From Botryllus schlosseri (lineage: Eukaryota): a stretch of 64,000 nucleotides of DNA. Positions 1 through 12,002 of the stretch are shown one piece after another. The translations under genes and the position numbers were made by a program. The stretch lies in the NCBI GenBank assembly GCA_051294905.1, contig CM119371.1, forward strand, positions 5,458,001 through 5,522,000, given 5' to 3'. The first letter of the stretch is position 1; every line of letters begins with the position of its first letter. The notes under the pieces are model-generated. The model saw only the letters and a list, made by a program, of their open reading frames with translations. It was not told where the DNA came from and did not search any database.

Positions 1-377
1 GTTTACACAACAACTTTCAAGGTGGATATGTACAATGGCAGCTCACTACCATGAAGCAAGCAGATAGCCTATAGAAGTGGTCTTTGTAAAAGTTTTCCCA
101 TTGCACGAATGCAGCCTTTGAATCTCCCTGTCATTGAAGCTGTACCGTCTGATCCCACGACAGCTAGGTTTTTGCAGAGTTCGGCGTCGGAAATAAACTC
201 ATATGTTGCTTTTGCCAAAACACGACCTTTTCCATTGGAAGGTGACAAGTGAGAGAGGTAATACTCACCTCGTTCTCCTACTAAAACAATATGTTCCTCC
301 AGCTCTGTTTTCAAAGAGCATTTTCCAGTGGTTGCCTCAACCTGCACGTCAGGATCTGCTGTTATGTACCTATCCAT
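1..377 (-). mobile_element. Degenerate hAT-superfamily (hATm-like) transposase fragment
   Basis: Reads ...AVVGSDGTASMTGRFKGCIRAMGKLLQRPLL*AICLLHGSELPL. This matches the DGTxxxTG...RPLxWxxCLLHxNELPL (CxxH) pattern of invertebrate hAT transposases. The Trp codon is mutated to TAG at 69-71. Confidence 0.72.
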
Positions 378-999
378 GAACTCTTTAGTTGGGATATTAC
401 ACTTCTAATATTTGACTCTTCCAAATCTTAGTTTGGGTCGCGAAAACCACTGCTTATAGATTGTCAGCATTAATCATATGGCCCGACAGCTTCAACGAAT
501 GTACAACGACAGTTGCCTCTTTCACGTGTATTGATGAGATAAGTAACTTCAATAAAAATCCGTGTAACAAATGTGCACCACGTATGCTTATATATCATGA
601 TAGCGCGAGACTTGCAGTAAAATACGTTCAATATTCTAAAAAACCTCAGAGACCAGAAAAAGAATGTGGTATCTGCGACATGGCACAGCTATCATTGTAC
701 CAATGCGTCTCAACGAGGTTAAACAGTGTCCGTTATCATGTCACAAATATTTCCATTTGCAGCCGATTACCCCTTTTTGTCAACTGGTTACTTGTAGGGG
801 TGGGCACAATGATTCAAGAATTAATTTTAATGATTTGATTTTAGTGGTGAGATATGATTAGATTTTTGCTGTGAAATCTAAGGATCCTCACCACTGAAAG
901 TTAATTATAAGGGAATTATAGTTTCGTACTATTTTCCGTTGCGAAACACTTTAAACCTCGATTGGTCATATCGAAGCATGGGAAATATGAGGTACGAAG

Positions 1000-2003
1000 T
1001 AGGGATGGTGTGAACGTGAGGTTCACGTTCGCGTTCTGTGTGCGAACCTCGGAAATTTAGAGGTTCGCGTTCACAACAGAACCTTGGTAGGTTCTGCACT
1101 GTGAACCTTTTGGTAAATTGTAATTTTCACTCCATTATAAGATCTTTGGCTCAAATTTATTGCATTTTAACTGCGAGCCACTCCATGCATGGTGCTGGAA
1201 GCATAAAAAATCAACGCTAAACGAGCATGCACCATGCACCTCGACAACCTTAAAAGTTTTAGTTGCTTTGTTGCAAAAATTTTCTCGGAATAACCAGCTT
1301 TCCGTTTGTGAATATTTAGTGACTCTCTGCTGTGAGCTTGACCCACAATCACACAACATCACGAGCGATATACGTAGTCAGCGAATGATGCTTATTCAAC
1401 CAATCAATGACATTGATATCGTCTTCTGATGTAAAAATCGAACGGGCGTACAGGGTCAATCTTGACTTCATATCTTTACTCTATCATTAAAACAAAATCC
1501 GTGCGATTAAGGTGCTTGCTACTGCTTGCATAACTTGTTGTTGTTTGTGGTGTCGGTAGCGAGTATAGAAATTTGAAACCCGTTGTGCACTTTGCTCAAT
1601 ATCAATGTAGCAATACTCAGACTCCGAACACATTGTCCGGTCTGGCTAAACCGTTAAGGCGTAAGCTTATATTCCTTGGTAAGTCCTCGTCGAAATTGTT
1701 GGCAAAGCGACGAAATGTATTGATTTTATGCAATTATTATATCCTTTGATTACCGCGGGTGATACATTTAGCGACGTTTAAAACGCCGATATGTACTTCA
1801 GCATTGTGGCATTATGTGGACCGAGTCTTCGCTAGGTATCATGTACATTAATATAGGCTATCACTTCATTGGAAGATAGGGTTGGAATTAGCAATATGAC
1901 GTCACGTGACGTCACGAGGTTCACGTTCGTGTTCACACAGAACCTTTCAAAAAGGTTCGCGTTCACACGAACCTGAACCTTTCAGAGGTTCACACCATCC
2001 CTA
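1000..2003. mobile_element. Non-autonomous hAT element
   Basis: TIRs TAGGGATGGTGTGAAC / GTTCACACCATCCCTA. Exact 8-bp TSD GTACGAAG (992-999, 2004-2011). Subterminal GTTCAC/GAACC motif arrays. Confidence 0.93.
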
Positions 2004-2143
2004 GTACGAAGCAACATAAGCTAGTCGCTAGTGGAAATGACACATCCGTGAAATCGTGAGCTGAACTTGGTATATCAGACGGAAGTTGAAAGTACAGAGT
2101 GAACATTTCTGCCGAAATTCCGCACACATAGTGCAAGCATGCA

Positions 2144-3151
2144 TCATCCAGAATGGCTATTAATATGAATCTTGAGAGTATCCTTCCGAAAGAATGCTTT
2201 CCCACATATATCACATCCATAATTTTCAACGCCAGCATGGATTTTCATATGTTGTTTGAGGTTACCATTCTGAGCGAATGCTTTACCACAAATATAGCAT
2301 GTAATGTTTTTGACGGGAGCATGGATATTCATATGACGCTTACGGCCATCCTTATGAGTGAATGCTTTCCCACATATATCACATTTATGGTGTCTGATAC
2401 CAGTATGCATATCCATATGACGCGATAGTTTGCTCTTCTGAATGAATGTTCTCCCACATATATCACATTCATGATTTTTAACACCAGCATGGATATCGAT
2501 ATGGTGTTTGAGGTCGAATTTCCACAAAAATGTATTCCCACATATGTCACATTTATGATTTTTGTTACCGGCATGCATGTCCATATGACGCGTGACGCTA
2601 TCCTTACGAGTGAATGCTTTCCCACATATATAATTTATGACGCCAGCATGCATATCTACATGGCGCTTGAGCGCACCTTTCTGAGTAAATGCTTTCCCAC
2701 ATATCTCACATTTCTGATCTTTGTTACCGGCATGCATATCCATGTGTGTCGAGAGGTGGCTCTTCCGAATGAATTTTTTCCCACATATATAACATTGATG
2801 ATTTTTGTTACCGGCATGCATATCCATATGCGACTTGAGGTTGCACTTATGAAAGAATGCTTTCCCACATATCTCACATTTCTGATCTTTGTTACCGGCA
2901 TGCATATCCATGTGTGTCGAGAGGTGGCTCTTCCGAATGAATTTTTTCCCACATATATAACATTGATGATTTTTGTTACCGGCATGCATATCCATATGCG
3001 ACTTGAGGTTGCACTTATGAAAGAATGCTTTCCCACATATATCACAGTTATGATTCTTGATGCCAGCATGTGAATAAGTGTTAGGCTGGCAGTCAACTTT
3101 TTGAGAGAACGGTTTCTTGGCTATATCGCATGGATGATCATTCACCTTCAT
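2144..3151 (-). CDS. Poly-C2H2 zinc-finger protein (ZNF-A): 10 intact fingers, 1 broken, degenerate N-terminal finger
   Basis: 335-aa ORF of CxxC-x12-HxxxH repeats with HAG(N/V/I)KNH linkers. Plausible splice acceptor (TTTGTTTAG, AG at 3231-3230) about 80 nt upstream of the ATG. Confidence 0.88.
   Translation of the reverse strand: MKVNDHPCDIAKKPFSQKVDCQPNTYSHAGIKNHNCDICGKAFFHKCNLKSHMDMHAGNKNHQCYICGKKFIRKSHLSTHMDMHAGNKDQKCEICGKAFFHKCNLKSHMDMHAGNKNHQCYICGKKFIRKSHLSTHMDMHAGNKDQKCEICGKAFTQKGALKRHVDMHAGVINYICGKAFTRKDSVTRHMDMHAGNKNHKCDICGNTFLWKFDLKHHIDIHAGVKNHECDICGRTFIQKSKLSRHMDMHTGIRHHKCDICGKAFTHKDGRKRHMNIHAPVKNITCYICGKAFAQNGNLKQHMKIHAGVENYGCDICGKAFFRKDTLKIHINSHSG
2688..3040. repeat. Exact 168-bp (two-finger) tandem duplication inside ZNF-A
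   Basis: AATGCTTTCCCACATAT recurs at 2688, 2856 and 3024. The two intervening units read identically. Confidence 0.92.
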
Positions 3152-3679
3152 GTGGAAGTGCTCATCACAAGTTCAGAATATGCATTTATTCATTACACCA
3201 CCTGCTATGTGTTTGAGCGTGTAATAAATCTAAACAAATTGAATCATTAAAATGTGAACAACACATTTGCAATACTTGCGTATCGGAATTTAGTAGTCAG
3301 TTTTAGTTCTAGCTGCATGTTAAGAAAAATAGGCTCCAGAACAACTATGAAAACACTGTAGTCGTTCGACATAAATTGTGATACTGGTTGCACAATGTTT
3401 TCACAGCCACTTCTGGTTAACAGACATCACTACTAACAGTGGCATATCTGCAGGTTGTTTCAGGGGTCAAAACTTCTTCCAGTACCATTCTTTCAAATGC
3501 ATTTCCATTCTGATATGATAAATATTAGTGATTTACCTTGGAACTGATCTAGTTAGTTAATTGCGGATTATTGAATGTTGACAGTTGTAAATTTAATTCT
3601 GGTTTTAAAATTTCGAAAATCAAGCGGTTTGCATATGTATGATTGCGACGTCGAGAATGATATGACTTAATCGAAAGCC

Positions 3680-4050
3680 AGGGGCAGTGCGTCTTTAACT
3701 GAGTTCGATTACGATGGTCTCCGACAGTCCAGCCGGGATCACCAACGCGGTACTTGCGTCCAACAGATCGGGTGTAAGGACCTTGCTCGTCTTCGCCCCA
3801 CGGATCAGAAGGGAAATGTACTTATCATTTCCGCGCCTTGACGCTGAGATTGGTCCTACAGATTTAGGCAAACCTATTCCATCAGATTCCAGTATGGTAA
3901 AGTAACTGAGCTCAGATACGCTGGCCTTGGTCCTGCGAAGAGTTATATTTGCATAGTAAGGAGCGGAAACCCTGCTCATTGCTCGGAATGTCAAAGTGAA
4001 GAAATTCAAACTGCCATGGGTAGACCGTGCAATAAGAAAAAGTAGAAACA
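3680..4050 (+). mobile_element. Possible decayed CR1/L2-type LINE ORF2 fragment (endonuclease end/linker)
   Basis: GC-richer island. Plus frames give GLRQ/PTR-like words followed by NVKVKKFKLPWVDRAIRK, resembling the KxKxxxPWxxxxI linker of LINE ORF2. Several stops and frameshifts. Confidence 0.35.
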
Positions 4051-4185
4051 CCTAGTTACTAACCACCAGTAATTTTTAGTGAATAGACATATCGATTTTT
4101 TTTGAGATGGAAAAAGTCTAATATCAATTTTAAAGAGATTTCAAAGTCAAAATACTGACTCACTTTGAACTTCATTACTTGCGAG

Positions 4186-4632
4186 TAGGGCTTGGTACAA
4201 TGATTGGAGTGCTCGAGTCGAGTCGAGTAGTAAGGGATGGTTCTTTTGAGTACTGTTCTAAAATCTTTGCCACTCTTTGTCACTAATAGGTAATTTATCA
4301 ACCGAGATTATAGTTTCGATACTTAGGTATCTACAGTGGAAGCTGCGAAACCTACATTGATCTATCGCATCGTACGAAACGTGCAGTACAAAGCTACGCA
4401 CGTTTGTGAAAATGACATATCTGTGAAGTCGCGATCAACCGGCAGCATTGTCACAAAGGGCAATGAAATAGGCATGATCAGCAAATTGCCATAATTATCT
4501 TGAATGAGACGCGGAACTGGAGGTGTATTTTTTGTGTTCGCAAGACAGATACATGTTTTGAATTTTATCGTCATTCATACTGAAATGACAAAATAATGAG
4601 TGATACTCGAATACTGAACTTCGCCCAACCTG
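4186..4632. mobile_element. Old MITE family copy (related copies near 795-2100 and 50600-50945)
   Basis: TAGGGCTTGG start with GAGTACTCGAG-like motifs. The internal segment GTACAAAGCTA..GAAATGACAT is shared with about 50697-50730 and 2004-2045. No TSD resolved. Confidence 0.4.
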
Positions 4633-5052
4633 CTCATGACTCGGTAGCAAATATTCGAGTCAAATTTCAAGTCATGAAATGGCCTATTCTACTTTGGAAA
4701 GCGTTGTGATTAATATCAATCCTTTATTTACTGGATTTCACTTTGTTTACGTTTTTGATATGGTTTTTCCACCAGCATTCAGTGACGTACAGTTAAAACA
4801 AATAATAGCCTAAACTGGCATGATAATTAAGGCTGGCGGAAACAGAGCACTTGAGATATACCCTATACAGAATTATACATATGCATCCACACATTATATC
4901 AAACAAATGCTGATTATATTTGATGATTTGATTCTGATTGGAAATCTAAATTTTTTTACATAATTTCCCTCGTGACTTGAGCTGAAAATAGTTACTGGTA
5001 CCTTTAATGACATGAGAGTAAAAATTTGGTGTTTAGTGCAGTGGCTCTAAAC

Positions 5053-5763
5053 CAGGGCTGGCCAACCTTTTCAGCCAACGGGCCACATTCGATTGACGAA
5101 TTATTGCGCGGCCCACTAGCCGCGCCAAGCGCGAACATTTTTTGAAATTCATAGGTCAATAATATTGTCATTTGACTATATTGCGGGCCTGTTGTATTTC
5201 GCTGGGCTAAGTTTGCGAGGACTGGGCTGGGCTATTCGGCGCATGGACATATCGATATCGAAAGATGCGACCAACATGCGTCAATCATTTCGTGCCTAGG
5301 TATCATAGTCGACGGTCTTACTGCGAGAGAAAACGCAATGTCGCATATGTTGAATGACACTTTGTCTCGTAATCGCGAATATAGTTAGACTCAATCTGAT
5401 ACATTGGGTGTTCTTCCATTTTCACATAAGGGCAACAATATTAAAAACAAGAAATCGAGTGACAACATGTTGCGCCAAGCTTGTGGAAAATTTTTACCTT
5501 TTATAAATCTACCGCAAATTATTCTGCTTTATTGTAGTGTAAGAAGATATACTAATATGTGTATGGCTGATGGATCTGTCAATGCGTCGAATCTGATATT
5601 TTAGTCATCACATCTCAAGTGTTGCGACCAGACTAATCAAATTTTTTGTTGGCCTTGCAAGTTCACAATCTGTGCAATCCATTTTTGATGATATTAGAAA
5701 TTTCGGAAATGACCTCGCGGGCCACTCAAAACCTTCGCGCGGGCCACGGGTTGGCCGGCCCTG
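5053..5763. mobile_element. Non-autonomous hAT (Charlie/Buster-like) element, family X copy 1
   Basis: TIRs CAGGGCTGGCCAAC / GTTGGCCGGCCCTG. Exact TSD CTCTAAAC. Homologous (inverted) to 21082-21987. Confidence 0.93.
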
Positions 5764-6325
5764 CTCTAAACCTTTTGACCTTTTGGTCAGGCCAAACTTG
5801 ATAACAAATGTCGTGGACCAATGAACCTTCAAATATCAAAATTAACCACAAATGTCACTACGAACAATGTATGTAACTCAAAAGTAAATACTTGAGATTT
5901 CATATTATGCTACATCTTTGATATTAGACGCGTTATATGTGGTTCTATTGAACTTTATGTAGGGCGAAGTGCGAAGTCCTGTTAAAAATTTGAACTAGAT
6001 TTTGATTATTGCCTTTCGTTTAAAAGAAATTCGACTTTGCTGTCTGCTGGATTTCATAATACTGCATATTGCTAAATTGTTATTTTGATATTTATTAAAG
6101 TTTGTTTGAAAAGTCTTCCTAGCCTTCACATATGACTGGTCTGATATGAGTTATAGTCTACCGGTAGTTTTAAACAGTTCGTACAAAATCTTCAGCATTG
6201 TGACGTATGCTAAGTCAAAATTAGATCATGAACTCATTTTACGACATGGTGCAGAAAGATAGGCTACGCCCCAAATTTATAAATCATTTTAAAATTTGTA
6301 AACTCATTTTTCTAATTGCCGTAAC

Positions 6326-6456
6326 CAGGGCTTCGGAGCAGCCGTAAATTTGATTGCTCCAGCTCCGCCTCCGGAGCTTTCTTCTATCATGGCATAGCTC
6401 CGGCTCCTGCTCCGGAGCCGCATTATTACCACTGCTCCGGCTCCAGCTCCGGCTCT
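6326..6456. mobile_element. Solo end of a hAT-type MITE with (GCTCCG)n subterminal repeats
   Basis: CAGGGCTTCGGAGC followed by GCTCCG/GCTCCA repeats. Matching end not found. Confidence 0.55.
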
Positions 6457-6484
6457 GAAAATTATTGAAGGTGTCTGTCTATAT

Positions 6485-7107
6485 CAGGGGTGGGCAACCC
6501 GCGGCCTATAAGCCAAATGTAACCGCGAGAACTTTTTAAGCCGCACGCGAGCTAATTTCCCGTTATATTATCGAAATCATGTTATATTATCGAAATTGAA
6601 TTGCTCAAATGACTAACCAAAAATATGATTAGTCTGGCCGCGACACTTGGGATGTTGATGACGAAAATGACAGTTCCGACGCATTGGCAGATCCAGGGTC
6701 CAGTCACACTTTTAGTAAAGTAGTAAAATTATTCTTCACGCTCCGCGTGTTTAATTGTCACACGATTTCTTACTTTGTAGCCTAGCCCCTCCTGAAAATG
6801 AAGCTATATTCGCAATTACGAGAGAAAGTCTTTTCGAGTTTGCGCTTGCAGGAAGATCGTCGACGATGAAATGTTGGCACAAAATGATTGTCGTATGTTA
6901 GCGGAAATCTTCGATATCGATATGTCCAGACGCCGAATAGTCCTGTCCTTGCAAAATGAGCCCAGCGGGCGCTATACAGTCGGCCCGCAATACACCCAAG
7001 CAATAATAATATTACCTCTGAAAATTTTACGCACCTTGCGCGGCTAGTGGGCAGCGCACTCGTTCGCCAATTTCATATGCCCCTCTAGCCGAAAAGGTTG
7101 CCCCCTG
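6485..7107. mobile_element. Non-autonomous hAT (Charlie/Buster-like), diverged relative of family X
   Basis: TIRs CAGGGGTGGGCAAC / GTTGCCCCCTG. Exact TSD GTCTATAT. Internal CACTTGGGATGTTGATGAC..GGCAGATCCA aligns with about 21220-21270. Confidence 0.9.
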
Positions 7108-8241
7108 GTCTATATAGATTACTAATTTACCCGTATGTTAGTCATCCATAGTAATCTAGACTTCTAGAGTCTGTCAGCCGTCAATAACATCGGATGCAGC
7201 GAAGAAGACATAGGTGCTGCAGTGCTCACTTGTGACGTCATAATGAATACTTGTCAATTGTCGATAATATCGTAGTTGCACTATAACGCACTTTACTCCA
7301 TACCGTTGCTGTGTACAGCATTAAAATTCTGATGCGGCGTTTCAACACTGGCCCTGTAATCCTTAAGATTAACCCATACAGCTCAATTCAATCAATAAAT
7401 TTGCGATTATTATTTACCTGTAACTGTAGTAAGAGCATTAAGGGCGGATATCACGACCTGATCAATAGATATTCGATTTGTACCAAATGGCCAATGGTTT
7501 GACGTTCGGTATTGGTGCACTCATTACCAGTCCATCCGGTGTCGATCAAGTTTATCGGAATATAATATTTTACCATGTTAACGATTCAAATCATCGAATT
7601 AAACACTGTGCTATATGCCCATAACGAATGAAACTATGCAGTATGCACTTTCACATTTCCAAGTCACAGTGCGAGATAATCCGGAATACAAGAGTATCAT
7701 GCATTCGTCAAGATTGAATTTACGAAACAGATGATTACAAATTGGAAATCGCGTATCAAATTGGTATTTTTTCTGTAACATAAAATACCATACCAGGTCC
7801 TGAGTAGCTCGCACCGCGACAATTGTTTGCTGAGTGTAACGGAATTTCGGGCTACTTTTCTGCCATCCCCTATTTACGCTCGAAAATCCTCGCTGGAGTG
7901 AATGACGATGATGAATTCCATTTCGCATGCATAATTGCATACTCAATAACAATGTCCAATTTCGTACTCCAATTAAAGAACTATCACGAAAGAACGAGTA
8001 TTTGCTCATCCGATTCATAGCAACGATGAGATGGAATTTTTTGGCTTGTGCTCGTCATATCGACATATGCAACGATATTATTTTCATCCTCTCTCCCATT
8101 TCGCGTATAACATAGTAATCATTATTTTCGAACCGTACAATTGGCCAACCAGGTTGTGCTGATGATGAAATTGTGTGTATGCCGAATACCCACAATATTC
8201 ACAGGCATACTTGGGATAGCGAGGTTCGGTAGCCTACTCAT

Positions 8242-10024
8242 TAGGGTTATGACTAAAAAAAAATTTTTTTGCCTGTAGCAGGAATTGATGAACATTTTGT
8301 TATAAATTAATAAAATTATAATCATTCTGTTCAAATCGAAAAAAATGTCCCGCACAAACTAACATCAATTTTCGACACTGGTCCAAATATGGAAAAAATT
8401 TAAAATTCAAAGATATTCTTTGCTACAAATTTAATCTTCAAATATATGTCCTTTTACACTTATTGTAAAGTTCATTCAACAATTTGACTTCCCTTTCTGT
8501 TATTAGCTTAGTGCCAGGGACATCTACGACGGACATATCCGACTTTCAATAGGGTTTGGGGCACTTTATCGCTGCAGGACATTCGACCGCAAAGATAGCA
8601 GCAAATAATCTTTGGTATATTCTAGAGCCTGACCGATATTGGATTTTTGGGTCGATACCGATAAAACCAATATCTCACACCTTAGCCGATAACCCCAATA
8701 CATTCAGCCGATACATATATATAAGCACATTTTCAAATCTTCAGAGGGCATTTATTTGAACATCTTTGCAGCCATTGTTATACTTGAACATGGAATGAAC
8801 TAGAAAGGCTGCATCTGGACACCTGCAAAGTGTAAGCTAAATGAAATAAATCAATATTCTCAGTCTAGCGGTCAAAGACTATAGTTTTCTGGCTTCCTTC
8901 CGCCATGTTGTGACGTCACGCGCAAAATACCGATAATTCTTTCAAAGTGTGATATCGTCTCGATATTATCGACGAACCGAAAATCGGTCGGGCTCTAGTA
9001 TATTCCATCTTTAGACATCTGGTTAGAATACCAGTCTTACTGACACGCATTTGCGATAAATAAGCATCTACAGAGTTATTCTCTATCTGGGGAAGTGGAA
9101 GTACGCAATAATGGCCCTTGAGCACCCTCTCGCATTGCGTAGAGATGGAATTTATGCCATTTGATCAGTGGTAATCTATACTATTTTCTTTGAAAGAACG
9201 GCATGTTCTGCACATGCCATAGACAAACTTGAAATCATCCCTACATCCTCGGTTTTCTAATATTTTCATCTTAAATTCGTGCTTGGTGGATTGCATCTAG
9301 TTTTCGTAGTGTTTTACCACATCATCTCCGAATTTGTAGCTGAGAGTTGAATTTCTTGAAGACGTTGGATCGAAGAACTCTAATATATGCTTTAAGAATC
9401 GATAATATGATGTTGGCAAGGGATATGAAAACCCATGCTCATCATTGCATTTCAAAGTTTCGAAACAACGCCATTCTGCCGTCCAGTATCAAGAGATGCT
9501 ATGGTGTCACATATGATATATGAGATTTTCAAATTTTCCTGTACATCATATTCTTCTAAGCGGTTTTCTAGACCGCTGAAAGTACCTAGAGTTGTTCTAC
9601 TTTCGCATTTTCGAACACCCAGTTTGATTTGTGCCAGACAAATTGAAATTATACGATATATACAGTCTACATCTAAAATCGTAATTAATAATTATTTATT
9701 AATTATTTAATATTGACTGTAAACAAGAACACGATAGGAATAATTCAATCTGGGCGATCAAAATGTACCAAAATACTATTTTAAATCTTCGCAATTGGAA
9801 TTGGGTCAGTTAAATTCAAATCAGTCGATAAATAAATTATATAGTCTGTATCTATAAAAGAAGGCCTATCCTCCATACAGTGAAAACTGGAAAATTTTTG
9901 CGCGGGAGGTTTTTGTTCAAACAGTCTCAACTTTTGTGAGTTTTGAAATCAGGACACAAAAGCTCATCATTTTTGACTACAGGACACACAAAATTTTGAA
10001 TTTTTTTTTCTAGTCATAACCCTG
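8242..10024 (-). mobile_element. hATm-like DNA transposon with decayed transposase C-terminal half
   Basis: TIRs TAGGGTTATGACTA / TAGTCATAACCCTG. Minus strand about 9630-8410 encodes, across stops and frameshifts, LEEYD..IICDTIASLDTGRQNGVV..IPCQHHIID..RDDFKFVY..IKWHK..VDVPGTKLITER. Flanks CTACTCAT/ATGTACAT are only a partial TSD. Confidence 0.8.
8623..8997. mobile_element. hAT-type MITE nested in the hATm transposase
   Basis: TIRs TAGAGCCTGACCGAT / ATCGGTCGGGCTCTA. Exact TSD GTATATTC. CCGATA motif arrays. Confidence 0.92.
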
Positions 10025-10162
10025 ATGTACATGCCCATTCAAGCTACCAAGATGGGTAAACACTTTTCCGCATATCTGACACTCATAGTTTTCGACTTCA
10101 TTATGTGTATTTTCATGTGGTTTAAAGTTACCAAGATGGGTAAACGCTTTTCTGCAGATCTG

Positions 10163-11608
10163 TCACTCATAGTTTTTGACTTCGATATGTGTAATCACAT
10201 GCGTTTTCAAGTTACTGAGATGAATAAACGCTTTTCCACAGATCTGACACGCATAGTTTTTGACTCCATTATGTGTATTTTCATGTTGTTTCAAGTTACC
10301 AAGCTGGGTAAACGCTTTTCCGCAGATCTGACAGTCATAGTTTATGACTCCGGTATGTGTATGATTGTGTCTTATGAAGACACTAAGCCGATTAAAAGCT
10401 TTTCCGCAGATCTGACACTCATAGTCTTTGACTCCGGTATGTGTATGTCCATGTGTTTTCAAGTTACCGAGATGAATAAACGCTTTTCCACAGATCTGAC
10501 ACGCATAGTTTTTGACTCCATTATGTGTATTTTCATGTTGTTTCAAGTTACTAAGCTGGGGAAATGCTTTTCCACAGATCTGACACTCATAGTTTTTGAC
10601 TCCGGTATGTGTATGTCCATGTCTTATGAAGACACTAAGCCGATTAAAAGCTTTTCCGCAGATCTGACACTCATAGTCTTTGACTCCGGTATGTGTATGT
10701 CCATGTGTTTTCAAGTTACTGAGATGAATAAAAGCTTTTCCGCAAATCTGACACTCATAGTTTTTGACTCCAGTATGTGTATTCTCATGTGTTTTCAAGT
10801 GACTGAGCTGAATAAACGCTTTTCCACAGATCTGACACGCATAGTTCTTGACTCCATTATGCGTATTTTCATGTTGTTTCAAGTTACCAAGCTGGGTAAA
10901 AGCTTTTCCGCAGATCTGACACTCATAGTCTTTGACTCCGGTATGTGTATGTTTGTGTCTTTTCAAGACACTAAGCTGATTAAAAGCTTTTCCGCAGATC
11001 TGACACTCATAGTCTTTGACTCCGGTATGTGTATTCTCATGTGTTTTCAAGTGACAGAGCTGAATAAACGCTTTTCCACAGATCTGACAAGCATAGTTTT
11101 TGATTCCATTATGTGTATTTTCATGTCGTTTCAAGTTACTAAGCCAGTTAAACGCTTTTCCGCAGATCTGACACCCATAGTTTTTGACTCCAGTATGTAT
11201 AGTTCCATGTGTTTTGAGGTCGCCAACCCGCACAAACGCTTTTCCGCAGATCAGACATCCATAGTTTTTTACTCCGGTATGTGTATTCTCATGTGTTTTC
11301 AAGTGACTGAGCTGAATAAACGCTTTTCCACAGATCTGACACGCATAGTTTTTGACTCCATTATGTGTATTTTCATGTCGTTTCAAGTTACCAAGCCGGG
11401 TGAACGCTTTTCCGCAGATCTGACATCCATAGTTTTTTACTCCAGTATGTGTATGTCCATGGCGTTTCAAGTGACCAAGCTGGATAAACATTTTTCCACA
11501 GATCTCACATTCAGTATTTTTATCTATAAGGTGGAATCGCAAGTGAGCCTTCAATCCGTCGTTACGATGGAAGCTCTTTCCACAGATCCAGCACATCTTC
11601 TTTGTCAT
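10163..11608 (-). CDS. Poly-C2H2 zinc-finger protein (ZNF-B): 17 fingers
   Basis: 481-aa ORF with 28-aa period and H(T/N)GVK(N/D)Y linkers. Acceptor TTCTGTATTTTAG (AG at 11749-11748) upstream. The ORF ends at a TGA occupying a Cys codon position, followed by two further degenerate fingers to about 10025. Confidence 0.9.
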   Translation of the reverse strand: MTKKMCWICGKSFHRNDGLKAHLRFHLIDKNTECEICGKMFIQLGHLKRHGHTHTGVKNYGCQICGKAFTRLGNLKRHENTHNGVKNYACQICGKAFIQLSHLKTHENTHTGVKNYGCLICGKAFVRVGDLKTHGTIHTGVKNYGCQICGKAFNWLSNLKRHENTHNGIKNYACQICGKAFIQLCHLKTHENTHTGVKDYECQICGKAFNQLSVLKRHKHTHTGVKDYECQICGKAFTQLGNLKQHENTHNGVKNYACQICGKAFIQLSHLKTHENTHTGVKNYECQICGKAFIHLSNLKTHGHTHTGVKDYECQICGKAFNRLSVFIRHGHTHTGVKNYECQICGKAFPQLSNLKQHENTHNGVKNYACQICGKAFIHLGNLKTHGHTHTGVKDYECQICGKAFNRLSVFIRHNHTHTGVINYDCQICGKAFTQLGNLKQHENTHNGVKNYACQICGKAFIHLSNLKTHVITHIEVKNYE

Positions 11609-12002
11609 TCTTCTGGATTATCTTTATGTTACTTTACTTCTTCAAGAATCACACATCAACCGATCTCTGCTTGAAAACGAGTATTCAACGATAGCTTGGA
11701 ATGAGTCAGTACATAGTATTATAATTCTTAAATTATAGCAACCAAGTCTAAAATACAGAAAGAATTAGCAAAATTGGAGCAGTGTGATAAATAACAATAT
11801 CCAAGAATTACAAACTTATGATCTAATAATACCAGTTTAGTAGAATTATCAGGCATTGTGATGATCGGCAACCTGACAATTCAGACGAGTACGGTAGTTA
11901 CTCATGGATGTTTCGCACATACTTTTCAGATAACAATTAGCAATAGCAATAGATCACCTGCACTAGCCAACAGAGGAATGTGTTTGACAATCTTTCGAAG
12001 AC

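Noticed and set aside
3695..4051. 118-aa minus ORF as a viral or captured gene
   Set aside because: No recognisable motif. The opposite strand fits a decayed LINE fragment better.
10163..10165. TGA at a Cys position read as selenocysteine or readthrough
   Set aside because: A single TGT>TGA change explains it, the downstream fingers are degenerate and truncated by a transposon, and no SECIS was recognised.
10025..11674. 549-aa plus-strand ORF (also 2471-3073 and 55234-55779)
   Set aside because: Antisense shadows of the repetitive ZNF exons. They show the same 28-aa period and no independent domain.
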